Of a DNA stretch of 43,062 nucleotides, positions 15,505 to 22,408 are shown in pieces. The DNA is taken from IMG/VR virus record IMGVR_UViG_3300029692_000015, one strand, 5' to 3'. Within the stretch, counting starts at the first letter, position 1. Each line of letters begins with the position of its first letter. Under the pieces are notes generated by a model. That model did no database searches. It saw only the letters and a list, made by a program, of their open reading frames with translations, and was not told where the DNA came from. The stretch comes from a virus. A program made the position numbers and the translations under genes.

Positions 15505-15667
15505 GCGTTACGTTCTTCACCTTCAAAATGTGCGCAACTCCTGTAAAAGACGCTTCAAAGTCCAGAACCGCCTGTGCAAACGCTTTGGCTTCCGAGGATT
15601 CATAGACCTCTGCCGTAGCAATGTAAACCTGACCGTCTGTGCCAAGATACTCGATATTGATAAGCAT
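15485..15667 (-). CDS. Hypothetical small protein (60 aa)
   Basis: Strong RBS AAGGAGGTCTGAACG before the ATG. Confidence 0.6.
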   Translation of the reverse strand: MLINIEYLGTDGQVYIATAEVYESSEAKAFAQAVLDFEASFTGVAHILKVKNVTLGADRN

Positions 15668-15670
15668 CGT

Positions 15671-15958
15671 TCAGACCTCCTTAAACATCTTCACGCCGGC
15701 CACGGTGTAGTCCACCGCCGGGCCCATATAACCGTGAGAAAAAGCAACGACTGGATGCCATGTGCCGTTGTCGTATACTTGTAATGTGCCGAAATGCGTC
15801 TCGGCTTCCGCGCCGTGAATCCATTGGCCAGACCAGCGGCATCCCTTCCAGTGGAACCAGTTGTAACCCATTGTGGGTACAACATAACTAACGCCGTCCA
15901 CATCAGCTACTTCCCGGTTGCGTCTTGCGTGAATTGCAAGATCATAAATATCTCCCAT
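15671..15958 (-). CDS. Hypothetical protein, first gene of the leftward early operon
   Basis: Start MGDIYDLAIH at 15958 follows AGGAGGTCTGAC. Confidence 0.6.
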   Translation of the reverse strand: MGDIYDLAIHARRNREVADVDGVSYVVPTMGYNWFHWKGCRWSGQWIHGAEAETHFGTLQVYDNGTWHPVVAFSHGYMGPAVDYTVAGVKMFKEV

Positions 15959-15999
15959 GTCAGACCTCCTGTTTGCTTGCGTTTGTTGATTACATGACA

Positions 16000-16028
16000 A
16001 GTATAAGTCATTGAACAACATTTGTCAA
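16000..16028 (-). promoter_or_regulatory. Leftward early promoter (TTGACA-17 nt-TATACT)
   Basis: Minus strand: -35 is the reverse complement of 16023-16028, -10 is the reverse complement of 16000-16005, with an exact 17-nt spacer. Confidence 0.55.
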
Positions 16029-16061
16029 GGGTATTTTTGTTGATTTCTTAAACAAATTTCA

Positions 16062-16090
16062 TTGACTTCCATTTTGCGATGTGCTATAAT
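16062..16090 (+). promoter_or_regulatory. Rightward promoter (TTGACT-17 nt-TATAAT) for the XRE repressor gene
   Basis: -35 at 16062-16067, consensus -10 at 16085-16090, followed by RBS GGAGGTG and the ATG at 16112. Confidence 0.7.
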
Positions 16091-16111
16091 AAGGTCACGG
16101 AGGTGAGCTCC

Positions 16112-16492
16112 ATGACAATCGGCGAACGAGTCAAGGAACTGCGAAAGCAGGTCAACTTGACGCAGCAAGCCTTTGCAGACAGACTGAACCTCAAAAGAAA
16201 TACAGTTGGCAGCTACGAAGTAAACGTAGTGGAGCCCAGTGACAGAACGATCTCCGATATCTGCCGCGAGTTTAACGTCAACGAGACGTGGCTGCGGACA
16301 GGTGAAGGGGAGATGTTCAATCAGATCACCAGATCGGAGAAGATCACCAGCTTCCTTACCGAGATCACGGAGGACGAGGGTGACGACTTCAAACGCCGGT
16401 TTGTTGAGATGCTGGCCGAACTGGAGCCGGAGGACTGGAAGCTTTTGGAGCGGATGGCTGAAAAGCTGCAAAAAAAAGAGGGAAACCCGTAA
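16112..16492 (+). CDS. XRE-family HTH regulator (CI-like repressor candidate)
   Basis: MTIGERVKELRKQVNLTQQAFADRLNLKRNTVGSYEVN is a classic XRE HTH. The gene is divergent from the early operon. Confidence 0.8.
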   Translation: MTIGERVKELRKQVNLTQQAFADRLNLKRNTVGSYEVNVVEPSDRTISDICREFNVNETWLRTGEGEMFNQITRSEKITSFLTEITEDEGDDFKRRFVEMLAELEPEDWKLLERMAEKLQKKEGNP

Positions 16493-16510
16493 GGGCTTCC
16501 CTTCTTTTGC
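16480..16510 (+). terminator. Candidate rho-independent terminator
   Basis: GGGAAACCC-gtaa-GGGCTTCCC (one mismatch) followed by TTCTTTTGC. Confidence 0.5.
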
Positions 16511-16520
16511 TACCTTGATT

Positions 16521-16634
16521 CTATTTTACAAGACCTTTTGCGTGGATCCAGATCAGGCGCAGCGCCCGCAGGTCTGCGCGTTCCAGAAGCTTGATAATAG
16601 CGTCGATGTAGCCTTGTCGGTCTGTTTCGTTCAT
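16521..16634 (-). CDS. Small hypothetical protein (37 aa)
   Basis: ATG at 16634 follows GGAGGACACA (MNETDRQGYIDAIIKLLERADLRALRLIWIHAKGLVK). Below the ORF-track cutoff. Confidence 0.4.
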   Translation of the reverse strand: MNETDRQGYIDAIIKLLERADLRALRLIWIHAKGLVK

Positions 16635-16682
16635 TGTGTCCTCCTATCTGATGCAGTATTTAATATGTGTGAGGTGGTTATC

Positions 16683-17399
16683 ATGGCAAGTATCTGTCCC
16701 GTCTGCGGCGGCAAGTTGGGTCTGCTGAACCGCGAGAAGAGCGCGGACGGCCTGATCTGTGCCGGGTGCAGCAACTTTTTCTTTTCAAAATTGGGCATCC
16801 GTGCAGCAAAGCAACCGACAGCTGCACTTGCGGAATACTGGGCTACACTGGAAAGCCGCCGCAGAACATTTAAAGAGACCGATTCCATCTTTGACCGCGA
16901 TGCACTCTTTGTCTCTATCGACAAGGTCAACCGGCTGTTTTACTTTGGACACCGCAGTGGTGATAAAGGTCCACGCATGATTTACAGTTTTGATGAAGTC
17001 GCAGGGTACGAATCGGATGCGCCTGACGATCTGACGGTGACCGAAACCAAGGGCGGCATTGGGCGTGCAGTAATAGGCGCAGCCGTTGCTGGACCTGTGG
17101 GCGCGATCGTGGGCGCTTCCACCGCCAAAACAGAGACCCGCAAGGGTCGCATTAAGGAGAGCGTGTCTATCCACTTTGCGCTTCCACTGGGCGAAAGCAG
17201 CTTGCCGACAACGGTTTATCCAGGCGGAATGACTGCGTTTCTCAAGAGCTGCAAAGTTAGCCATGAGAAGCCGCAGGCTGCCGCTCCGCTTGCCCCCAGC
17301 GCCGCTGATGAGCTTTTAAAGTTTAAACAGCTACTGGATATGGGGGCCATCACGGAAGCGGAGTACAACGCAAAGAAATCTCAGTTGCTTGGCCTGTAA
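16683..17399 (+). CDS. Zinc-ribbon / glycine-zipper / SHOCT-domain protein (moron)
   Basis: Start MASICPVCGGKLG after GAGGTGG. Contains CPVCG...CAGC, the Gly-zipper-like GGIGRAVIGAAVAGPVGAIVGAS, and a C-terminal ADELLKFKQLLDMGAITEAEYNAKKSQLL that is SHOCT-like. Confidence 0.7.
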   Translation: MASICPVCGGKLGLLNREKSADGLICAGCSNFFFSKLGIRAAKQPTAALAEYWATLESRRRTFKETDSIFDRDALFVSIDKVNRLFYFGHRSGDKGPRMIYSFDEVAGYESDAPDDLTVTETKGGIGRAVIGAAVAGPVGAIVGASTAKTETRKGRIKESVSIHFALPLGESSLPTTVYPGGMTAFLKSCKVSHEKPQAAAPLAPSAADELLKFKQLLDMGAITEAEYNAKKSQLLGL

Positions 17400-17455
17400 A
17401 CTTGCTTACAACTGCATTGTACAACCGTTTGGCGTAATCGTCAATCGGTTTTAAT

Positions 17456-17563
17456 TGCGCAAAAATGCGCTGAAAATTTGACATTTGCGCTGAATCGCGC
17501 GATTTACGCGCACTTTTAAGCGAAAAACGCGCGGTTTACGCTTACTTCGCGCAAAATATGCGC
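17456..17563. repeat. Helically phased GCGC / A-T-tract array
   Basis: GCGC starts at 17457, 17467, 17487, 17497, 17508, 17529, 17549 and 17560, with partial sites at about 17520 and 17539. All spacings are multiples of 10-11 bp. Confidence 0.8.
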
Positions 17564-17567
17564 TTTG

Positions 17568-17786
17568 TTACTGGTCGCCGTTGTCCAGCTGCTGCATTTT
17601 TTGCAACAACTTGGCGGCGCACTCCCCGCCGGGGCTTACCGCTGCGGCGCGCAGGGTGTGCAAGCCGGTGATCTTGCGGTTGGCGTACATGGCGGCAAGG
17701 GCTTGCTGCTCCGGGGTCATATCAACGTAACAGGCAAGCGCGGCGCGGATGTGGTTGCAGAAGCAGGCGGTCTTTTTGTTGGTCAT
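17568..17786 (-). CDS. Hypothetical small protein (72 aa)
   Basis: RBS GGGAGGATTGAACC before the ATG. Confidence 0.6.
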   Translation of the reverse strand: MTNKKTACFCNHIRAALACYVDMTPEQQALAAMYANRKITGLHTLRAAAVSPGGECAAKLLQKMQQLDNGDQ

Positions 17787-17789
17787 GGT

Positions 17790-17900
17790 TCAATCCTCCC
17801 AAGGTTGCGGGGTTTTGGCTGTGCCGGTAAGCACGCTGGCGGGCATTCCGTCAATGATGGTCATTTCCGGGTCTTTGTTGCTGGTTTGGCCGTTTTTCAT
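17790..17900 (-). CDS. Hypothetical small protein (36 aa)
   Basis: ATG at 17900 follows AGGAGGAAAACAAA (MKNGQTSNKDPEMTIIDGMPASVLTGTAKTPQPWED). Confidence 0.45.
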   Translation of the reverse strand: MKNGQTSNKDPEMTIIDGMPASVLTGTAKTPQPWED

Positions 17901-17947
17901 TTTGTTTTCCTCCTGATTTTTGGTAATTGTGTCAACTTATGTACCAA

Positions 17948-17956
17948 ATTCTACCA
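17948..17956 (-). promoter_or_regulatory. Candidate extended -10 promoter (TGgTAGAAT)
   Basis: The minus strand reads gcgcaTGgTAGAATttgg upstream of the two small minus-strand ORFs. Confidence 0.4.
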
Positions 17957-17994
17957 TGCGCCATTGGAAAATGAAATCAGAGAAAATTTTGTCG

Positions 17995-18033
17995 AATGGC
18001 GCAGATTTTTTCTGCGCCATTTTTTGTTTTTTT
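17995..18033 (+). terminator. Rho-independent terminator
   Basis: 10-bp stem AATGGCGCAG/CTGCGCCATT (17995-18004 / 18012-18021) followed by TTTTTGTTTTTTT. Confidence 0.7.
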
Positions 18034-18064
18034 CACGCATTATATTTGAGGGGGAAGGGTGTGT

Positions 18065-18652
18065 ATGAGTTATTTTACAGCTGCGAAAATTGGTGCTGCT
18101 CTGGCAAAGGCGCGTGTGAAAGCGGGTTTGAGCCAACGCGAGATGGCGATTTTGATAGGGAAGAACGAGCGCACCGTGCAGAACTGGGAGAAAGGGCAGT
18201 CCAGTCCGGACAGTGACGAGATCATGGATTGGTGCTCTTCCTGCGGGGTGTCGCCCATCGCGGTATTTATGGAGGTACTGCACCCGGAATTGTACGCGGT
18301 GCCGGATGACGGCAAGGCCAACGATGAGCTAAACGCGGAGTTGTGCCGTCTCGTGGTAAACCTGCCGCCGCTGACGAAAAGGCTGCTTCTCTTCATATTG
18401 AAGGGCCGTCACGGCAGCAGCCCGCCTGCTGTCATATCGGAAATAGCTGCAAACCTGCACTGCCCTCTGAATAACCGGGCCAGCGTGTGCGGGACCATCA
18501 TAGACCAGTATACCTATGCGCAGATCGCGGGCCTTGACCCATGCCCGGACGCTCCACAACCTCCCATTGACGACCTGAAGATCAACTACAAGGCCGGAAG
18601 GGCCGCTGCTGAAAATGGTGCCTTTGGATATATCGGGAAGAAAAAGGAGTAA
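18065..18652 (+). CDS. XRE-family HTH regulator (second one, upstream of integrase)
   Basis: MSYFTAAKIGAALAKARVKAGLSQREMAILIGKNERTVQNWEKGQSSP is an XRE HTH. No S24 peptidase motif was seen. Confidence 0.75.
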   Translation: MSYFTAAKIGAALAKARVKAGLSQREMAILIGKNERTVQNWEKGQSSPDSDEIMDWCSSCGVSPIAVFMEVLHPELYAVPDDGKANDELNAELCRLVVNLPPLTKRLLLFILKGRHGSSPPAVISEIAANLHCPLNNRASVCGTIIDQYTYAQIAGLDPCPDAPQPPIDDLKINYKAGRAAAENGAFGYIGKKKE

Positions 18653-18655
18653 GCC

Positions 18656-18823
18656 ATGAAATGCGTGAGATCATGCTGCCGGAAGGAGATCCCGGATGGT
18701 GCTTCTTTTTGTCCGTGGTTCGGGAAGAAGCAGCCGGAAGCCGTTCCGCAGCAAAGAAAAAAGCGCAGCCGTCCCAAGGGCAGCGGCACAGTGTACTCTT
18801 GTGTATGGAGGTGGATTTTATGA
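18656..18823 (+). CDS. Small zinc-ribbon-like ORF (55 aa) coupled to the integrase start
   Basis: ATG at 18656 follows AAGGAGTAAGCC (MKCVRSCCRKEIPDGASFCPWFGKKQPEAVPQQRKKRSRPKGSGTVYSCVWRWIL). Its TGA overlaps the int ATG as ATGA. Confidence 0.45.
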   Translation: MKCVRSCCRKEIPDGASFCPWFGKKQPEAVPQQRKKRSRPKGSGTVYSCVWRWIL

Positions 18824-19956
18824 AAAAACGGGTCAACACGGCATTTTGGGTGGAAAAGGAAAAGCGCTGGTGCATCGCGGTTCAGAAGAACGGCACCCGC
18901 AAACGGTTTTACAGCAGCACGCCGGGCCGGACAGGACAACGGGAAGCAAACGCAAAAGCGGATGCATGGCTTGATGATAGCATTCGGGACGGCAGGAAGA
19001 AGGTGGCTGCACTCTATTCAGAGTGGGTAGAAGAGCTGAAGCTCACCTGCGGGACGTCCTATGTGACACAATGCCAGCGTTACGGAGACTGCTACATCCT
19101 GCCGACCTGTGGGAATATCCGCATTGACGAGCTGACCGAGGGCGATCTTCAAAAGGCAATCGACGTTTCGTTCCGGAAGCGCTCACAGAAAAAGAACCAG
19201 CGCAAGCCCATCTCAAACCAGCCGTTGAGCCGAAAGACGCTTATGACGATCCGGGCTGCGGAAACCGCCTTTGTCAAGTGGTGCAGGAAAAACCGGTACA
19301 CCACGCTCCACCCCGACCTGGCTATCCCGAAGAATGCCAGGATGGGGAAACGCACGATCTTGCAGCCCACCGCCCTGAAGGTTCTGTTTAGCGTAGACAC
19401 CCGCACCTACTATGGAAAACTGGTATTTGATGAATATATCTACGCCTACCGATTTGCAGTTGCGACCGGCCTGCGCCCCGGGGAGCTGATTGGTCTCTGG
19501 TATGGTGACATCAAGGGGAACACGGTCAGCCTTCGGCGCAGCATCAACGTGCACCGGGAGCAGACCACCGGAAAGAATGAAAACGCCATCCGCTCTTTTG
19601 ACATGGGCAAGGAAGCACGGGATGCTTATGAGGCGCAGGTACAGCTCCTAAAGGCTCAAGGCATACTGCTACAATACAATACGCCGCTGTTTCAGATTCC
19701 GTCAGAGCATGCGCTCTATCGCCGCTGGGAATCGTATCAGGAAGCAAACGGGCTTGAGCCGAAAGTCTCACTTTACGAGCTACGGCACACCTTTGTCAGC
19801 GTTGAATCAAGCGTCCTGACTGACAGCCAGCTAAAAATGCTGGTTGGTCACAGCAAGAACATGGACACTTCCGGCGTGTACCATCATGAATTGCAGGGCC
19901 AGCGAGAAGATTTGGCGGCTGCAACGACCGCTGCATTCAGGAAGGCTCAAGGGTGA
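18820..19956 (+). CDS. int: Tyrosine recombinase / phage integrase
   Basis: Start MKKRVNTAFW after GGAGGTGGATTTT. Catalytic-region motifs ATGLRPGEL, LYELRHTF, VGHS and GVYHH are present. Confidence 0.9.
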   Translation: MKKRVNTAFWVEKEKRWCIAVQKNGTRKRFYSSTPGRTGQREANAKADAWLDDSIRDGRKKVAALYSEWVEELKLTCGTSYVTQCQRYGDCYILPTCGNIRIDELTEGDLQKAIDVSFRKRSQKKNQRKPISNQPLSRKTLMTIRAAETAFVKWCRKNRYTTLHPDLAIPKNARMGKRTILQPTALKVLFSVDTRTYYGKLVFDEYIYAYRFAVATGLRPGELIGLWYGDIKGNTVSLRRSINVHREQTTGKNENAIRSFDMGKEARDAYEAQVQLLKAQGILLQYNTPLFQIPSEHALYRRWESYQEANGLEPKVSLYELRHTFVSVESSVLTDSQLKMLVGHSKNMDTSGVYHHELQGQREDLAAATTAAFRKAQG

Positions 19957-19960
19957 TTCT

Positions 19961-19980
19961 GGTAACACATTTGGTAACAC
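19961..19980 (+). repeat. Arm-type direct repeat pair GGTAACAC-at-TTGGTAACAC (left of attP core)
   Basis: ggtaacacatttggtaacac lies immediately after the int stop. A near-identical copy is at 20170-20190. Confidence 0.7.
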
Positions 19981-20095
19981 TCTTTTTTCTAAATGTCAAA
20001 AAACGAATCGGGCATAACCCAACAAATCCGTATTATTCCTTCGTCCTTTCGTGCATCCCAGATGAATTTTTGACGACAATCCATCATTTTTAATT

Positions 20096-20119
20096 GTTCG
20101 ACTCCCATCGCCTCCACCA
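20096..20119 (+). other. attP core candidate: 3' end of a tRNA gene (T loop + acceptor strand + CCA)
   Basis: GTTCGACTCCCATCGCCTCCACCA reads as T-loop TTCGACT, 3' T-stem CCCAT, acceptor CGCCTCC, discriminator A and CCA. The sequence 5' of it does not complete a T stem, so it is a fragment and not a gene. Confidence 0.6.
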
Positions 20120-20122
20120 TGT

Positions 20123-20167
20123 AAAAAGAACGTCATTTCGCTGAGAATTGACGTTCTTTTCTTTATC
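20123..20167 (+). terminator. Rho-independent terminator following the tRNA fragment
   Basis: 9-bp stem AGAACGTCA/TGACGTTCT (20127-20135 / 20149-20157), extendable by A/T pairs, then TTTCTTTATC. Confidence 0.7.
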
Positions 20168-20169
20168 AT

Positions 20170-20190
20170 GGTAACATTTTTGGTAACACA
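20170..20190 (+). repeat. Arm-type direct repeat pair GGTAACA-ttt-TTGGTAACACA (right of attP core)
   Basis: ggtaacatttttggtaacaca is a near copy of 19961-19980. Confidence 0.7.
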
Positions 20191-20211
20191 CCGCTGAAAA
20201 ACAGCTTTATA

Positions 20212-20255
20212 AACGCAAAAACAGCCCCGAGGAACCGTCAGGCTTCCCGGGGCTG
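20212..20255 (-). terminator. Rho-independent terminator ending the cargo operon
   Basis: 8-bp stem CAGCCCCG/CGGGGCTG (20222-20229 / 20248-20255), followed on the minus strand by TTTTTGCGTTT. Confidence 0.65.
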
Positions 20256-20322
20256 CTGCTATGTATGGCTTTTTTTGGCCGGGCGACTTACTTTCCCTGT
20301 GCCTTCAGCCTATTGGGCATCG

Positions 20323-20658
20323 TCACTCAGACAAAGAGACAATCTTCCGCATTACTAGCTCATACTCTTTCGGGTACACCAGCTTTATTGCGTTCATGTG
20401 TCTGTCGAGCACCTGCATCAGACCGCCGAAAGGAACAGAGCTGGCAGCCGCCACAAAGTCGCTTTGTGGTTCCGCTGCTGTGGAGTACGCCGCCGCATAA
20501 GTCGCGGGCGGCAATGCCTGGGTCTGCGTTTCAGGTGCGTGTGCTTCTTCCAGCTCGTCCCGCACAGTGCAGAGGGCGGCAAGCTTTTCCACGCTCTGCC
20601 AGTTCGTTTCTTCGCATTTCAGTTTGCGGATGTGTTCGTTGATCTCCACGATATCCAT
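20323..20658 (-). CDS. Hypothetical protein (111 aa), cargo island
   Basis: ORF-track entry. No motif recognised. Confidence 0.6.
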   Translation of the reverse strand: MDIVEINEHIRKLKCEETNWQSVEKLAALCTVRDELEEAHAPETQTQALPPATYAAAYSTAAEPQSDFVAAASSVPFGGLMQVLDRHMNAIKLVYPKEYELVMRKIVSLSE

Positions 20659-20675
20659 GCCTGCCGCCCCCTTTC

Positions 20676-21077
20676 TTATGCGTTGCGCAAGATGTCAGCG
20701 GCTCGCTTGTATGCGTCACGCTCTGCACCGGTGGCTTCCTGCATCATGTCCTCGATGTCGGAGATCATGCGCTCACGGCCATCGCCGCGTGAGTAGTGAC
20801 CGCGAACATAATGCCGACCGCGGTTGGCGTAGCTGTTGCCCCGGTTGTAACCGTTTCCGGCGTCGCGGCTGAAGGATCCGCGCATGTCAGCTTCCCACTC
20901 GCCCGCACGGCTGTACTCGCCACCCTCGCAATAATCCTTGATGCGGTGGATGTCCAGAATGATATCCACGATCTCGCCGATCATCTCAACATCGCCAGGG
21001 GATCGATTCTTTTTGTCGGTCAGCTCCATGAGCTCTTCGCACATCTCATCTTTCAGATGATTCAATTTATCCAGCAT
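20676..21077 (-). CDS. Hypothetical protein (133 aa) with R/G/Y/N-rich low-complexity centre
   Basis: Contains ...GNGYNRGNSYANRGRHYVRGHYSRGDGRER... Confidence 0.6.
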   Translation of the reverse strand: MLDKLNHLKDEMCEELMELTDKKNRSPGDVEMIGEIVDIILDIHRIKDYCEGGEYSRAGEWEADMRGSFSRDAGNGYNRGNSYANRGRHYVRGHYSRGDGRERMISDIEDMMQEATGAERDAYKRAADILRNA

Positions 21078-21093
21078 GACTTTATCTCCTTTC

Positions 21094-21516
21094 TTATGCT
21101 ACCCGCTCAACGATCAGATTGCTGTTTGCAATGCTGATTGCCTGCGTGCTAGTGTTTTTGAGCGCCACAGTAACGCAGCAGCCCCGGGGGACTTCCACGA
21201 ACACCGCCGTAAAGACGTTGCTGTACTGATCCACTGCCGCCGGGGTGACGATTGCGGTTGCGCTGTTGAGCGCCTCGCCGCCGACAGCCAACGCCACAGA
21301 GATTGCGCCCACAGTGCCTCCGGTAGGGATGGCGATGTTGCCGCCAAAACTCACTTTGAACAGTGCCTTGCACTGGTTCGTAAGTCCACGCAGCGTCACA
21401 TTACCAGCACCTGCTCGGTGGTTGATGCAGTTTGACCCCTTGATAGCGGTTTCGGTCAAGGGGAGATTCTGACCGGCTGCCACGGTCTGAATCGTGGTAG
21501 AGGTAAATTCAGCCAT
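21094..21516 (-). CDS. Hypothetical beta-rich protein (possibly BclA-C / C1q-TNF-like jelly roll)
   Basis: 140 aa with the alternating beta-strand pattern ...VTLRG...LFKVSFGGNIAIPTGGTVGAISVALAVGGEAL...VFVEVPRGCCVTVALKNTS... The fold call is an impression only. Confidence 0.6.
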   Translation of the reverse strand: MAEFTSTTIQTVAAGQNLPLTETAIKGSNCINHRAGAGNVTLRGLTNQCKALFKVSFGGNIAIPTGGTVGAISVALAVGGEALNSATAIVTPAAVDQYSNVFTAVFVEVPRGCCVTVALKNTSTQAISIANSNLIVERVA

Positions 21517-21533
21517 TTTATCGGCTCCTTTCG

Positions 21534-21564
21534 TAATAGAAACGCCGGGACTACTGCCCCGGCG
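21534..21564 (-). terminator. Rho-independent terminator
   Basis: Stem CGCCGGG/CCCGGCG (21543-21549 / 21558-21564), followed on the minus strand by TTTCTATT. Confidence 0.65.
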
Positions 21565-21631
21565 CTCTGGTTTGCAAAATCAGCTCTGGGGCTGAACATC
21601 CGAGAAATCCTCGGAAGTTGCCGTTATTCGG

Positions 21632-22408
21632 TTAGGCGCAACCGTTGCAACCGCAACCGGTGCCGCAGTTACCGTACTGGTAGGGTGCGGGGACAGGGAA
21701 TGCGGGCACAGGACGCGGGTTGTAGTAGGCCAGCTGACCGCTCATGTAGGCCTTGAGCGTTTCGTTCTGGGCTGCCTGAGATGCCGCCAGCTGTGCTGCG
21801 AACAGCTGCTGCCCCTGCTCGGCGATCTTTGCGTCCTTTGCCTCGATGCGCTGTGCAGTCAGTGCGTCAAGGATGGCGCGGGCGTTCTGGTTCTGGTTGT
21901 CGATGATGTCCCGGGTGGTGTTCTGCACCGTGTTCCGGGTCTCGCAGGACTGGGTGGCCAGATTGTAGTTGACGCCCTGAATGGCAGAGCGGTTCTCGCA
22001 GCAGCACTCCTGCTGCTGCATCTGCATGGCAAACAGCTGCTGCATAAACGCCGCCTGCTGGTTTGCGCGGCTGATCTCTGCGGACATAAAGCCGTTGTTC
22101 ACGGTTTGCTGCACGCCGTTGACAAGCTGCGCCTGCTGGTAGAAGCCATCACACATGCCGTTGTTGATACCATCCATCTTGCGCTCGATGTTGGCAAAAT
22201 CGGAGGTCAGGACGTAGCCGTCAACGACACCGGCACCGGTGTTGCCATTGCCGCCCCAGTTGCCGCCCCAGCCGCCGCAGAAGGCGAACAGGAACAAGAT
22301 GATGATCCAGAGCAAGCCGCCGTCACCCCAGCCAAAACCACCATTAGAACAGGTATTTGCAGGCTGAACCGGCATAGTCATCATAGGAGAATCGGTAGAT
22401 AAGCTCAT
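21632..22408 (-). CDS. Membrane-anchored Gly/Trp-rich, Gln-rich coiled-coil protein with Cys-rich C-terminus
   Basis: The N-terminal GGFGWGDGGLLWIIILFLFAFCGGWGGNWGG is YjcZ-like. Also contains an internal ECCCENR and a C-terminal GNCGTGCGCNGCA. Confidence 0.7.
   Translation of the reverse strand: MSLSTDSPMMTMPVQPANTCSNGGFGWGDGGLLWIIILFLFAFCGGWGGNWGGNGNTGAGVVDGYVLTSDFANIERKMDGINNGMCDGFYQQAQLVNGVQQTVNNGFMSAEISRANQQAAFMQQLFAMQMQQQECCCENRSAIQGVNYNLATQSCETRNTVQNTTRDIIDNQNQNARAILDALTAQRIEAKDAKIAEQGQQLFAAQLAASQAAQNETLKAYMSGQLAYYNPRPVPAFPVPAPYQYGNCGTGCGCNGCA

Noticed and set aside
16239-16682. N-terminal 148 codons of the 386-aa track ORF 16239-17399
   Set aside because: It overlaps the XRE gene in another frame, a terminator and a minus-strand micro-ORF. 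The credible start is the ATG at 16683, which has a GAGGTGG RBS.
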